Positions 23,715 to 37,500 of a stretch of DNA of 64,000 nucleotides are shown here, piece by piece (position 1 is the first letter of the stretch; each line of letters opens with the position of its first letter). A model generated the notes under the pieces. The model was not told the DNA's origin. It searched no databases and worked only from the letters and a program-made list of their open reading frames with translations. Location: positions 63,924,001-63,988,000 of the forward strand of contig NW_024704742.1 in the NCBI RefSeq assembly GCF_018977255.1, written 5' to 3'. Source of the stretch: Callorhinchus milii (Eukaryota). The position numbers and the translations under genes are program-made.

Positions 23715-24010
23715 AATGTTGCAGGTTTGAAATTTGGTCTGTGCTGAGTTAATTAATTCCAGATGCAGTGCCAATAGGGCTGTATTTGGCCTCAGCTTTC
23801 CTGGGTCAGTGAGGAGGAAAAGCAGTCACATTCCAGATTGTTATCCAGAGACCCCTGTTGGAGTGAACGCAGTTGTCGGCATTGGGTCCATACAGAATTG
23901 CGTCTGGGTGCAATACCGCCTACCCCATCTTCCCCCAACTCCCTGTGATAGATGATTAATAGAGCACACACGAATAGGGGTCATTTGGGTAAGTTACTGG
24001 TGCCTTTGGA
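23715..24010 (+). mobile_element. Ancient vertebrate SINE-like element, AmnSINE2-like by recall
   Basis: ggtctgtgctgagtta...ttggcctcagc...tatccagagacccctgttgg motif order; single copy in the window. Confidence 0.45.
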
Positions 24011-24544
24011 TAGAACTGTCCTCTCAGTGGGAAGAGACGAGCAAATTCTCCTTGGAGTGGAAGAATGGAGAAAAACAGAGGAAAACAATTGATGGTTATC
24101 TCTGTAAACATGTTTCTGTTGATGAGTTCACCCACTCCTTCCTTCAGTCACTGCTAATCTCAGCTGCTATTTATGCCACATTAACAGACACCCGGAGAGG
24201 GGTATAACACAGTCATACTGATAGTATACATATTGGACTTAAGGCCATCAATCTGAGATCTAACTACAGAGGTCAGGTGAAACCTATAGCTCAACATCCT
24301 ATGTACAGTAATGGAGAAATATGAATTATAGCATATCTTCCACTGGACAGAGTCAAGGTCCTAGACACAGTGCAGAGGAAAGCAATGAGTTAGAGAGATG
24401 AGCAATGAGAATGACTAAATAAGCTACAGCATTTAAATCCTAGAGGGAAAAAAGCAGAACAGCACAACAAAACCCACAACATGGTGCACACCACAGTTGC
24501 ACTACCAGAGGTTTCATCTTTATAAAACAAAATTGGATTGTTAA

Positions 24545-24970
24545 AATAATAAATAATCCTTGTACTTGACACAGTGCTTTATCACATCATCGAGTCGTCT
24601 CAAAGTGTTTCGCAGGATATACTGTAAAGTGGATTGACTGTATATTTTGTGGGTGAATGCAGCCACCATGTCACACAAACAGCTATGGAGTGAGTGACCA
24701 ATTTTAATTGGGGGGTTGTTGACTAGGACACCAAGAGAAATTCCCTTCTATTTTTGAATAGTGCCATGGGATGTTTAACGTCCACCTGGACAGGCAGATG
24801 GGACTTCGGTTTAATGTCTCATCTGAAGGACGGCACCTCCAACAATGCAACACCTTCCCAGCCCTGCATTGGAATGCCATCTTATACAATGTGGGTTCAA
24901 GTCCCAAAGTAGGATTTGAACCCAAAACCTTCTGACTAAAAAGCAAGCTTGCTACCACTGAGCCAAACAG
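24545..24970 (-). mobile_element. DeuSINE (family B), full-length
   Basis: Deu motif and tRNA-like head on the minus strand. Confidence 0.85.
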
Positions 24971-25681
24971 ACACACAAAATACTTCAGTGTGTGAAACAC
25001 TTAGTAATGGAGCTTCTTCATTAGCTACACAACTTTCATCAGCACAAATGCAAGTGCTTTCATGACACCTGGCACATCCAAAGTCTTTAGTGCTTATGTG
25101 AGACACAAAGTTCATTAAACTGGCTATACTTATATATTTATTTTTACAGATGCAGGAAATTTGGGAACTGAGGTTGCTCGCCGATGGACCGGTGCCAAAA
25201 GTTCACAAAATCATTGAGAATAATATGTTTCATTTTAGCATTTGGCCAACTTTGTTTCTCCGCAGGAAGCCAGTGGGAGGAAGGCTGTAATTTGAATGTG
25301 TGTCTTCAAAGACAGTCCATTAAGCCACATGGGACATAATTTAAGGCTCATGATGTTTTGCATGGATTAATAAGAAAATCGCAGCCTCCTTCCATACGTT
25401 GTCGTCCATGTGATAGCGTCTCAGAGTGATTTACGATTGTAGTGGTGGAAACCAAGCAAGACAATTTATAAAGTTAATGTCCAAAATAGTGGTTATAATA
25501 ATGCTCAGAATGTGGGTAGCAACTGTTTATTATCTTAAAGTGCTGGTCATCTCATCTTCATAAAAAAAATACGACTGAAAAAAAGAGCCAAGTATGACAG
25601 CCATAGTCAAATAGGGGTTTCTATCTCTGGGTTTATTTTGTGTTCTTTGGTGGTTTTCAGAAATTGTCAACTTAAACTTTG

Positions 25682-25988
25682 CAGTCCTGTAGCTCAGTGG
25701 TTAGAGCACCTGCCTCACAAGCGAGAGACCTGGGTTTGATTCCCGGCAGAGTGAAACCTTGGGCAAGTTTCCTTACTCCACACGCCTGATAATAATCCCT
25801 CAAGAAGAAAAAACAATAATAACTTGGTCATTCAATCCACGACTGTTTGTGGGACACTGCTGTGTTTGGCTGCTGTGTTTCGCACACAAAATATGCAGTT
25901 AATTCACTTTACAGTATATTCTGTGAAGAGCTTTGAGATGTCTTAAAAACGTGAGAAGCACTATATCAAAATGCAAGGATTATTATTA
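25682..25988 (+). mobile_element. SINE family A, short variant
   Basis: gtcctgtagctcagtggttagagc...caaggattattatta. Confidence 0.92.
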
Positions 25989-26239
25989 AAAGTAATACCT
26001 CAAGCAGATCAAGGCTCAAGTATTACCCAGAGTTTGTCTGTGGGTTATGCAAACACTGCTCCATCAATCATGGCAGCTCACACTTAGAACACTGCCAAAC
26101 AGGAGGTCTAATGCAACAACAGTTGTCAAGGTAGATTTTTATTAGAAAGAATATCAATGTTCTTCACACTAATATGACTTCCACTATTTCCAGATAAAGG
26201 AAACATTCACCCACTGTAATGGATTAGAGCCTAGGAAGA

Positions 26240-26570
26240 ATATATCCAATGCAGTACTGGAGGTGTGCTACATTGTTGGAAGTGCCGTCCCTTTGGATTA
26301 GGCATCAAACCAAGGTTCCAGCTGCCTGGAAGTTAAACATCCCATGCTGCTCTTCGAATTTCTAGTGGTATCCTGACCAACAAACCCCTCGTCCCCAAAA
26401 TAAAATTGGTCATTCACTTCATGGCTGCTTGTGAGATATTGCTGTGCACAAATTGGCTGCCGCATTCACCAACAACATACACAGCCACTTCACTTTCCAG
26501 TATATGCTGTGAGGTGCTTTGAAATGTCTTCCCTACGGGTACTATATCAAATCTAAGGATTATTATATAT
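26240..26570 (+). mobile_element. DeuSINE (family B)
   Basis: gtgccgtccctttggattaggcatcaaaccaagg...aaattggctgccgc. Confidence 0.75.
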
Positions 26571-26732
26571 TACCATCAGCACAACACCTGCACCTTAGAT
26601 ACAGAAGCAGACCTTGAAAACGCCATAAGTAAAGGGTTAAATCATTGTCTTTCAGAAAGTTAACAGTTCGGTACAGAAATTATGGTTAAGTTACATATAG
26701 TCAGGAAGCATTTAAATAGTATTAAAGTGTGT

Positions 26733-27136
26733 TTTTTTGGCAGACGTGTCTGACATGTGAAAACCCATCAACATGCTTAAGATTATCCAAATCAGACCGA
26801 TGGTTGTACATATACGTACCATCTACACATGAAAAATTCCCTGTGTATATGGGAGTGTGCACTCTCTCCTGCTTTATCTAATTCTTATAAATTTGGCATC
26901 AAACTCAAATTTAAGGTTAAGGTCCTTTTTATGGTCAGCTTGACACACGCGGAAACCCATCACCATGTTTAAGAGTATCCAAACTAAGCTGAGAATTCCA
27001 TGCATCCCACCAACACATGGAAATTCCAGAGATACATTGTTGGAATGGAATGCGCACTCCCTCCCAGGAGGGACGCATCCGGCTTACCTAATTCCGGAAA
27101 GCATTAGGCGCAGGTTGGCAGGAGCCAAGGCTTGAA
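26733..27136 (-). mobile_element. Family U, two adjacent fragments (26733-26870 and 26925-27136)
   Basis: aaacccatcaacatgcttaag and cggaaacccatcaccatg...gccaaggctt. Confidence 0.75.
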
Positions 27137-27639
27137 CTTTAAACCAGCGCAGAGTTAAATCCTTAAATTCAATTTTAATCTGGCATCCTTTTTAACAAAA
27201 AAAACCCCGCAGGAAATTGGCTCCCAAGTTAAGGCTGTATTTAAGAATTTTCCACAGTTCTGCTTGAGCTGAAATCTAAACACTATATAAAAAACATTCT
27301 TGCAGATTAAGACCAGGTGTAATTTCAGGCCCATGTTCTCTATGGAACATTTTTGCTTGCCCGTCCATTAATGTTTTAAATTAGACTCCAATAGCACAAT
27401 GCCACAGAGGAAGGAAGAGCCAAACTTGTTCCATTCACAAATGAAGTCACTAGAGTTTAGCAAATTCATTGCTGTTTGCTCATTGTTAAATCTTTATGTC
27501 TATAACTTTATATTTATATTGCTATGATGGTGTTAAAATTTGTTGCGTTTCATAAGGGATTCTTTGCTGCAATTAATGGAAGGAACACATTATCAAAAGC
27601 CACCAATACTTATAATTTATGTAATCAATGCTTCACTCA

Positions 27640-27925
27640 GCAGGTATTGGCCTGCTATGTCTCCCCGCCCTATTCCCCCACCATTGGCAGGCGGACTTTC
27701 AGCCTATCTGTCCCCAATCTCTGGAGCTCCATCCTGGAGTCCCTCCGACTCGCTCCCTCCCTCACCTCGATGAAGACCTACCTCCTTGACCGTGCTTTTG
27801 ATCATCTTTCCCCTCCTCACCCACCCTGGGCTCTCACCACATCTCAGGTGCCCAGCCAGAAGTGTAAGTCACCCCGGGACATCTTCTCCACGTGAAAGAC
27901 ACTGTGTAAATGTAAATTTGTATTG
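27640..27925 (+). mobile_element. L2 3' fragment
   Basis: PTIGRRTFSLSVPNLWSS and KTYLLDRAF motifs. Confidence 0.8.
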
Positions 27926-29207
27926 TATCATGTAAACCACAGTGAAAAATTCACTGAAGTGGCAAATTAAGCAGAATAATCCACTGCTCAAAATGAATGT
28001 TGTTACATTTAGCAAAGCAAGCAAAATAACTATCTAGCTTCAACGTTACTCTCAATTAAAAATGGCAAATTTGCAATAATTTCAGAATTTCTCCCTTAAA
28101 TAAGTAAAAACAGCTCCAAAAAGTCAGTTTGGGGTCTTGAAACTTGAAATTAAATTCCAGTTCCTCAAAACAATGCAATTAGCAAATATAAAGAGGGAGG
28201 GAAGGAGAGGAGAGGATGGGCATGGGGAAGACTAGGGGAGCAGGAGAGGGGTGTGAAGTGGACGTGAGGAAGGAGTAGGGGAGCAACGAGGAGAAAGCGG
28301 AATATCTTACAGCAGATGTAATTACAGGGCGAAACATTTTCATACATTTCATATAATATTTGAGGAGAGAAATTTCACCTGGGTTGAGATTTGCTCCGTT
28401 TTTAAAAAGAGAACTTATAGAAAAACAGCTTCAAAAATTAAGTTTATATTTAAGAATTTGCCAAATCTGGACTGAAATGCTGTGAAAAATACAATGAACT
28501 TCTACCCCTTCAATGCTCTGCAAACCTCCTGTACTGATTCAATATCATTCCATAGGCCTAACAAAAGTTTTCTTAACCTAACAGCTGATATTAACCTCAA
28601 AATGCTTCAGAGTTATAGGATAAGAGCTTTAAGACCTCATCCCACATGAAGGGCGCTATGTAAATACAAGTTGTTGTTGTTGACATAACACAGTTCACTG
28701 ACCACAGGCTGACAAACAGAAGCTATGAAAGTTGCTGACCTGGTGGACACAATATAGGTTTACCACACAACATGATTCTAGTTTTCATGAAATTAACCAA
28801 ATGACAGAAGAATTACCGCAAAAAGTCACCGTGTACACATTTTAAATGTCCGTGAAAAGGAATAACACCCACTTACTTTTCCAGTCTTCGTTCAATTGTG
28901 ATGGTTAGCACACCACTATTTTTCCTAGTAAAGGGTGTTTCTCTTGGTGTCCTTGGTATCTCCGCCAGATAAGATTGATCATTTACTGCATGGCTGGGTG
29001 AGGCACACTAACTGTCGCATTTGCCTACAAATTACACACCGCTATACTTTACAGTGAATCATGTGTAGTGCTTTGAGATGACTTCCCCAAATGAAACACA
29101 GCTTATCAAATGCAAGGATTATTATTATCAATATTAAGAGTTCACAGACTTTTCCTGTCTCTTTATACAACTCAATCTGTTTGCTGAATGTCAGTACATT
29201 TCAAAAA

Positions 29208-29348
29208 GGAGTTCTGTAGCATAGTGGTTAGAGCACCTCGCCTCGCATGCAAGAGAATCTGGGTTGAATTCCAGGGCGGGGCGAAACCTTAGGCAAGTTT
29301 GCTTACATCATACAACTCTGTTTACCTAGCAGTAAATAGGAACCTGGT
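29208..29348 (+). mobile_element. SINE family A, head only
   Basis: ggagttctgtagcatagtggttagagc...tacctagcagtaaatagg. Confidence 0.85.
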
Positions 29349-29894
29349 AAAAACACAACAACCCTGAAACATTCATTATTCTCTTTTTTAACACTCACTT
29401 ACCAGAGATTTGATCTGACAGTAACCCACCAAGTGTCAGTCATCTTATGTTTGGCTGCAGTTTGCAGTGAGGCTGAAGGTAGTGTTGACAATGTGAGCCA
29501 CTTAGCTAAGAGTGCGGAGAAACTGCCCAAAGATGTTGGTGTTTCACAGAACAAAGGCATTCTGAAAAGGAAAACTAGGAAGACGAGTTTAAATTTCCTG
29601 GCTAGGGACCAGCTGTTGCTGTTGCTTACTGAGGAATTCCAGGAGCTAAAAATAATATAACTAAATGGTTGGGTGATATCGTCGTCGATCTTGCTAGGAT
29701 CGCGTCTTTCAGAGGTTTTCTCATTGTCAAAGTGGGAATTACTGGCCCCGCGCAGATTACCAGGTCAGTCCCCAAAAATGCCACACAGGGTTGTGCATAA
29801 ATAGCGTCAGCCTTGCTCACTGGGATGGAACATTAAAGGTGAGAATTTCCAGGAAACGTCAGTCAGTCAACTATGAGATCGACATGCAGTGAAA

Positions 29895-30035
29895 AGTGCA
29901 CATTCCATTCCAATAATTTATCTCTGGAATTTCCATGTGTAGGTGGGATGCATGGAATTCTCAGCTTGGTTTGGAGACTCTTAAGCATGATGATGGGTTT
30001 CCGCAGGTGTTAGACAACCAACTGACCCCAAAGAA
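29895..30035 (+). mobile_element. Family U fragment
   Basis: cttaagcatgatgatgggtttccgcaggtg...ctgacc. Confidence 0.75.
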
Positions 30036-30146
30036 TTCACTGAAAACTCGCACACCAGTCACTAAGTTGTTTATAACAATAATAATCCTTACGTTTGATA
30101 TAACACCTTTCACATTAGGAGAAGGTGTCAAAAACCTCATAATAAT

Positions 30147-30435
30147 ATAATAACCCTTGCATTTGATATATCACCTTAAGACATCTTCAAGATGTCTCAA
30201 AGTGCTTCACGGATTATACTGTAGAGTGAATTGACTGTGTATTTTGGGTGAAACACGGCGGCCAATTGCATACAGTAGTGTCCCACAAACAGTCGAGGAT
30301 TGAGTGACCAAATATATATATATTTTTTAAACGATTTGCCTTCAAAAATGCGATCCACCAATCGACTAACGACCAGTTCCTGCTTACTGCTAGATAAAGA
30401 GGCATATGAAGTAGGGAAACATTAGGCAAGTTTAT
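30147..30435 (-). mobile_element. SINE family A, long variant, headless
   Basis: Tail, body and aatcgactaac segment. Confidence 0.85.
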
Positions 30436-30644
30436 CATTGGGAATTATTGGCCAGGACACAGAGAGAAACTCCCTTTTCTTTTTGAATTTGCCGTGGGAT
30501 TTGAACAGGCAGATGAGACTTCAGTTTTACATCTCATCCAAAAGTACAAATAAGTAATGCACAAGAGGTGTGTGGGGGTAGTAGAAAGAGGAGTCACCTC
30601 AGGTGAAAGACTTTTGCGATCAGGCTGAAAAAATTTAAAGAAGA

Positions 30645-31030
30645 AACCTAGAAACCTATAAGATCATCAAAGGGCAAGATAAAGTAGATAGTGGGAGATT
30701 GTTTCCCCTGGTTGGAGAAACTAAAACCAGGGGTCACAACCTTAAAATCAGAGGCCAGCCCTTTCACACTGAGTTGAGGAAGAACTTCTTCACTCAAAGG
30801 GTGGTGAATGTATGGAACTCACTACCCAAAGGGCTGTTGATGCTCAATCCTTGAACATATTCAAGACTGAGATAGATAGATTTCTTATTGCAAAAGGGAT
30901 TAATGGATATGGGGATAAGACAGGGTCAGGTTATTAGCTGGAGTTAGATTAGAAGATCAGCCATGATTGAATGGCGGGGCCGGCTCGAAGGGCCGAATGG
31001 CCTACTCCTGTTCCTACATGTTATGCTATG
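30645..31030 (+). mobile_element. CR1 LINE 3' end
   Basis: YKIIKG...TRGHNLK...RKNFFTQRVVNVWN, then ggccgaatggcctactcctg and an atgtt-type tail. Confidence 0.92.
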
Positions 31031-32449
31031 TTTTATTAAGAACTGACAACTATTCCTAATGTTTCTGTGCACTTTCCCGTGCTCATCTCACTGTTGTTTA
31101 TGGGAAAATCCTGGTGTAGATTATCTGCTGTGTTTGCCTCCATTAAAACATTCACTATTTTTATGTGAAAGGTGTTACATAAATCCAAGTTATTACTATT
31201 ATTACACTCTGTGGGCAATCCATAGAGGGCATTGCCATAAATCACGGGCCTTATTAGTTTTCTCATTTTCCTGTGCGCAGTTATGCGCTGAGATTCAGTT
31301 CTATTTAATAATCCTTGCATTTGACATAGAGCCTTTTAACATCAGTCACCTCAAAGGTCGCTGCTGTATATTGTGTACACTGTGCGTTTGCAGGCGATTG
31401 CGGCACCCAATTTGTGCACAGCAATGTCCACAAATAGCCTGGAAGTGCATGACCAATTTATCTAGAGAATTGTTGATCAGGCAAAGACATTGCTATAGCA
31501 ATCCCCCTAACCTGTCTCACCCTCTCTCGACCATTACAGATCCAGGAAAACAGATGCATACTCTACCGATGAGGCTGCCAGTATTTCTACCCACACTGAG
31601 TTACACGTACATCTCACAGTGCGTTCAGCAGGTTCCCGCCTGCTCCATGTCCCCACCCAGCCTACCCCACCAATGGCAGTCGGTTCAGCACCTTAGGATA
31701 TCCTGCCAACATGAAAGACGCTATACAAATGTAATTTGTTGTTGTGTTATGCTGTGGCTCCACTTTATTCAAGCACTCTGGGACGCTATCCTGCATGAGG
31801 GGTGCTATGTAAATGCAAGTTGTTGTTGTTTATTGGAAGTGGAGCAGCAACATTGCTTGTGAGTCTGGTAACTGTGGGAACTGTCCTGTTTGTGCTCAGT
31901 GTGGATTTCCCAGCAACTAGAACAATAGTTGTTCTAGATAGTTGTTCTATGTACACAAGTTCCGTGTCCTACATACAGTCAATAATTGCTGCCAGACAGC
32001 AGCCCTGCCTTGTTTTTATTTTTTACTGTAAGCCACAACCAGGTAAGCTTTGCAAGGTTTTGTGTGTTAATTAAAACAAGGAATAAATGACAAAACTTTA
32101 CCCAATAAATATAGCTTAAAAGTACCCTTTTCAGCACCAGAGGTTACACAGAGTTACATGAAATATTACAGCATGGAAACAGGGCATTTGGCCAAACTAG
32201 TCCATCCTGGTGTTTACATTTCATATGAGCTTCCCTATCCTCTCTGTTATCTCTCTAATTCCCTTCTCCCTCATGTATTGCTTCAAGTTTCCTCTTAATT
32301 AAATTGATACTTTATGGGCTTGGTTATGAGATGAATAGAATAGCAGGCATAGGTCGCTTTGCGCATTTGTGTGTCTGTGAGGGTAACACTCATTCAATGA
32401 GAGAAGGTGGGGATAGCATTCACACAATGAGCGACATGAGGAGGAGGTC

Positions 32450-32960
32450 AATGAGAGATGACCAAAGGCCAGTCAAAGAAGGTCTTGAGACAGAACTTGA
32501 AAGAGGTAAAGGAAGGCAAAGGGACTCCAGGATGGAATTCCAGAAAGTGGGGGCAAATAGGCTAAAAGCCCGATTGCTGGTGGATGGGTTGGCAGGGTAG
32601 GGGATCTGAAGCAGGCCAGTGCCAGCCAAGTGGAGGGAGTTTAACCTCTGTCACAGTAGTGAATAGAGCCGGATGAGGAAAGGGGTGATAAGCTCAAGGA
32701 GCCTAGTGTGGGAGAGGATATAAACTGGAGAGGTCTACATGGTCTGCAGTTTGTGGAAGTAAGAGTTGGGAGAGAGCAGTTTAGTCTGATGACGAATGCA
32801 TGGATAAGCGACTTGGCAGCCTGAGGGGCGAGGTAGTGGCAGACTTGACAGAGAGGTCAAGAAGGATGAGGAGGCAGAGAGAGCTCTGGACACAGAGCCC
32901 TTATGGAGGGCTCTCATTTAATGAGTGAGGTCAGGAGGTACTGAGGCCAATTCCATCAGC
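32450..32960 (-). mobile_element. L2-type fragments
   Basis: RAFSLFAPTFWNS motif. Confidence 0.65.
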
Positions 32961-34316
32961 AAAGATTCACTCTCAAACACCAGCGACTCTGTTTTGCTGG
33001 GAATAGCTTACCCAATGCTCAACAAATCGGAGTTACCCAGTACAGTAGACACAAACCATGCAGGAAACAGATGTGAATAAACTGTACCAGATACAGGCAA
33101 ATTAGTCCACATAACCAATCTATACTCTACATGGGAACCCCCAAGGCATTTTCCTTTTCCCTATAATCAATGTCCCTGCTGCTCATAAAAAAAACAAGAT
33201 ATATTTCTATGAGTTTCAGTTTCTCAATATTAAAATTAGATTTTGTTTTTCATTCACTGATGTGGGCACAGAATGCTTTCCCCCTTCTCCCCCACCCACC
33301 ATATCTATCCAGTAATTCTTCATAGATTTAGAGGTCCAGTGTTAGGTGTGATCTTTTTTTTCTTTCAAGGCAGCAACGGAAGACTTTCTAAATCCCTTGA
33401 TTTCTTCAGCAGCACAAGTAAACAGCCTCTTCCTGCCCTGCGGCTTCCATTCATGATGAACGCAGAGGCACAACCCCTGGGACTCTACATTTCCTACAAT
33501 TATTGCAATTGTACATTGTATCATTCTTCTATCAATGGCACCGGGAACAGTCAGTAATGGAGCGATGAGGGAAATGGGATGGGGCGGGGGGGCAGAGAGA
33601 GGGTATAGTGTCAGGGGGAGAGGCATGGAGAGAGGAATGACAGAGAGATTTGGTGAGGGGGGCATGGAGGGAGCCAACGGAGAGACGCATAGGGGAAAGA
33701 CATGGAGAGTGATAACATAAGTGAGGGATGGAACAGCCCCGTTCTCATTTTTTACACTAATATAATGGGTTGAATGGTTCAGGTCTCCCCCAAGCCTCTC
33801 AGCCACGTTTCTCTGCTATACTTCTACACTCATATCTTTACCTGGCAACTCTTCCCCTAACTTCCCCACTGTGCCTCTCTTCCATCCCCACTCCCCGCCT
33901 CTCCAATTCATTATACTCGAGGTCCTCCCGCTGAGTGGGAGATTCTATGGTTCTATAATTGATTTCTCAGCTTCTCTGCCTCCCATTTCGAGGCTGTGCA
34001 TCTGATATGACCATGATTTCTTTGTGTTTTTCTCCACCGGCGATTTACAAAATCCTGACTCATTTCTGCTCGAAGCTCTGTTTACCCAAAGTTCTGTCCA
34101 GGAAAGACTGAACAGAATCCAGTTTTTAAACAGGAAAGAGGTTATTAGCCCAGCACTGTTTGTGCACAATTAATGTTTTATCGGATAGTTTTGGTCAACA
34201 ACTTTGGGAAATCTCAAAGTAAATCTTTATATTTGGTACAGCACCCTTCACATCAGGAGGACATCTCAAAGCACATCACACGAGGCAAGTGACATGGCAG
34301 CCTATGTGTACACAGC

Positions 34317-34693
34317 AATAATAATAATGATAATCCTTGCATTTGATACAGTGCATTATCAAGTTTTTGAGACGTCTCAAAGCACTTCACGGAATATACT
34401 GTAAAGTGAATTGACTGTATATTCTGTGGGTGAAACGCGGCAGCCAATTGCACACAGCAGTGTCCCACAAACAGTCGTGGATTGAGTGACCCAATTTGTT
34501 ATTTTTTATGAAGGAATTATTTTCCCCGGAAAAACGATCTGCCAATCAACTAACAACCGCGTTCCTTTATTCTGCTAGATAAACAGAGGCATGTGGAGTA
34601 AGGAAACTTGCCTAACTTTTCGCCCTTCCAGGAATCAAACTCAGGTCCTCTCGCTTGCGAGGTGAGTGCTCTAACCATTAAGCTACAGACTCC
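34317..34693 (-). mobile_element. SINE family A, long variant, full-length
   Basis: Head, body and tail all present. Confidence 0.9.
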
Positions 34694-34729
34694 TCTGAAG
34701 AAACAGTATGATCTGCCCACTGAGACAGA

Positions 34730-35078
34730 TCACAAACAGCCATGTAGTGAAGGACAAATTTTATTTGAGGGTTTGTTGGCCAGAACAATGGGATAAACTC
34801 CCTTCTCTTTCGAAAAGTGCAATGGGATCTTTAACGTCCAGCTGAACAGGCATACAGGACTTTGGATTAATGTCTCATACAAAGGGTGGCATCTCCAACA
34901 ATGCAGCGCTCTTCCAGCACTACATTGAAGGGTCAGCCTAAACATGTGAGCTCAAAGACCCAGCATGGAGCTTGAACACAACAACAACAACTTGGATTTA
35001 TATAGTGCCCTCCACGCTGGACAGCCTCTCAGAGCCTTCTGACTCAGAAGTGAAAGTGCTATCAACTGAGCTAGGTTA
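34730..35078 (-). mobile_element. DeuSINE with a short L2 tail (about 34978-35033) nested in its head
   Basis: Deu motif; caacaacaacttggatttatatag insertion. Confidence 0.8.
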
Positions 35079-36859
35079 AGTGGACTAATCCTGATGTGTG
35101 GAGTCAAAAAGTACCCTATCACACATACAGCACACACACCATTTGTTTATTGGGCAAATTCCACGATATGACAGCACACTGATCATACTTTGAAGGTGAC
35201 TTTCCGCTGGTCAGTAAATGTTATCTTGTTCATATTAAAAGATCCTCCAGCTTTATGGACAGTTAAATCATCTATTGATATTCATATGGCATAACCACTG
35301 AGCATCCTGGCCAACAATAACCCAAATAAAATTGATATTTCACATCATGGCTGTTTGAGGTAAATTGATGTTTGCAAAAGAACTGCCGTGTTTGCCTACA
35401 GAATACACACATCACTCCACTTTATTGTAAAATCCTGTCAAGTGCTTTGAGATGTTCTCAAGACACTATATCAAATGCAAGGATTATTTTGAATATTATT
35501 ACACATAATAACGCTTCTCCAAGTGGAAGCATCTAAAAATCCTCCACATGGCTAAGGCCGTCATATGTCAATCACTGATGTCGCGCTTACATTGTGAGTT
35601 TGGCTCCTGAGGCAAAATACAGTCTCTATATTTTACGGTAAATGCCATGAAGTGCTTTGAGATGTCCTCCTGATGTGAAAGGCGCTGTATTGGGTGCAAG
35701 GATTATTATTTTACTTAAAACCCTCCTCAGAGTCGAACCTCACATCGACTTTGTGTGCAGGAGATTGGACTTTGTAATGAAAAGGTGGATGTCAAAACTC
35801 CCTGACTGGGTGATGCTGTGTGTGTCTACGGATACCTGATTTTATTGTGAGAGGCTCACGCAAGCTTAAAGCATTAGGAATTTATTATGAAGATCGCAGT
35901 GACCCAAATAACAGAAGTGAATCCATCTGATAAGCTTTACTCTTGCCACTTGGGTAGTGGAGAATAAATAAATTGACACCATGGGCTGGCATGGAACGTC
36001 ACTTCTCACAAATGTCTCCCAGATCTGCAAAGACCTTGACAGCAGTGGTGGAGGCTCAATATGTGCCAATACCTTCACATTTTGGATCTGCAGAGCAACC
36101 GTATAAAAGTGCTCTAAAACTGGCAATTTTTCACTATGTCAAACAATCTGTACTGCTAGCTTTTGGCACATTAGGCACCCTATAAAGATAAAGAGACAGA
36201 CACAAATGTCTGCATATGCATACGTGCACAGAGAAACGGGCACGTGCACAGAGTAACAACCTCACGTCATTTCTTATTTGTACTTCTTTGCTTACTTTGA
36301 ATGTGGTTCTCTGGGCATTATTGACTCAGGAACAAGTCCAACACAGAGAATGCTTTTACAATAATTACTCTACTCTGATCCCATTTGAGACAACCAGAAG
36401 TATCAGCCAGGGGTCAGCTGGATTCACTTGGTAGCAATCTTGAGTGAGAAAGTTGTATCAAGTTCCATGTTGAGATTCTGAATTCACTGAATTAATAAAT
36501 AATCATTTAATACAGCACCTTTCACATCAGGAGGATGTCTCAAAGTCTTTCACAAGATATACTGTAAAGTGGTGTAACTGTGTTTATTTTGTGTGAGCTT
36601 TGAAAAGAGAAGGGAGTTTCTCCATGTGTCCTGGCAAACAATCCACCAGGTAAAATTGATCATTCACGTCAAGGCTGTTTGTGAAACATTTCTATGTGCA
36701 AATTGGCTGTTGTGTTTGCTTACACTTTACTACACTTTACAGTATATACTGAAGCACTTTGAGACGTCTCGAAGATCTGATAAGGTGCTATATTAAATGC
36801 AAGGATTGTTATTATATGAAATGCAAGGGTTATTTATTTACATAGATTAATACAAATAA

Positions 36860-37500
36860 GAGCATAAAAAAGGCCAATGGGATCTTGAGCTTTATATCCA
36901 GAATGATAGAGTATAAAAGTGACAAGGTAATGTTGAATTTGTATAAGACCTTGGTTCGACCACATTTGGAGTATTATGTCGTATTCTGGTTGCCACAGTC
37001 CATAAAGGATACAGCAGTGATGGCGAGAGTACAGCATATGTTTACTAGGATGATTGATACCAGGGCTGGCAGGTTACTGCTGTCAGGATAGACTGGCAAG
37101 GTTAGTTTTTTTTTGCTAGAGAAGACATGTTTAAAAGGGGACCTAAGAGAGGTATTCAAAATTATAGAAAGGGTTAAATAAGGTTAGCACAAATAGGTTA
37201 TTCCCATTGTTTGGGGAGTCTAACCAGGAAAAAAAAATCGGGACTACGTTGAACTAAAAGATAACTTAGGAGGAACTACTTCACACAGAGGGTAGAGAGA
37301 TTGTAGATCGCTGTCTGAATTGCTGGGTGAATCAGATAGTAGATGTGCATTTAAGAGCAAGCTAGATATACATGTGAGAGGAAGTAATAGAAGATTAAGG
37401 GAGGGAGTAAGGAGTGGGTAGAGACTCACGTAGAGTATAAACGCCAGCACGGACTAGTTGGGCCAAGTAGGTCTGTTTCTGTGCTGTGAATTCTATGCAG
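36860..37500 (+). mobile_element. CR1 LINE ORF2 C-terminus and 3' end
   Basis: IEYKSDKVMLNLYKTLVRPHLEY motif. Confidence 0.9.

Noticed and set aside
28877..29460. Two further phase-compatible minus-strand exon candidates
   Set aside because: One acceptor lies in a decayed SINE, and such chains are easy to build by chance
31059..31862. 267-aa ORF, the longest in the window
   Set aside because: Runs across SINE and L2 tail remnants; no domain-like sequence
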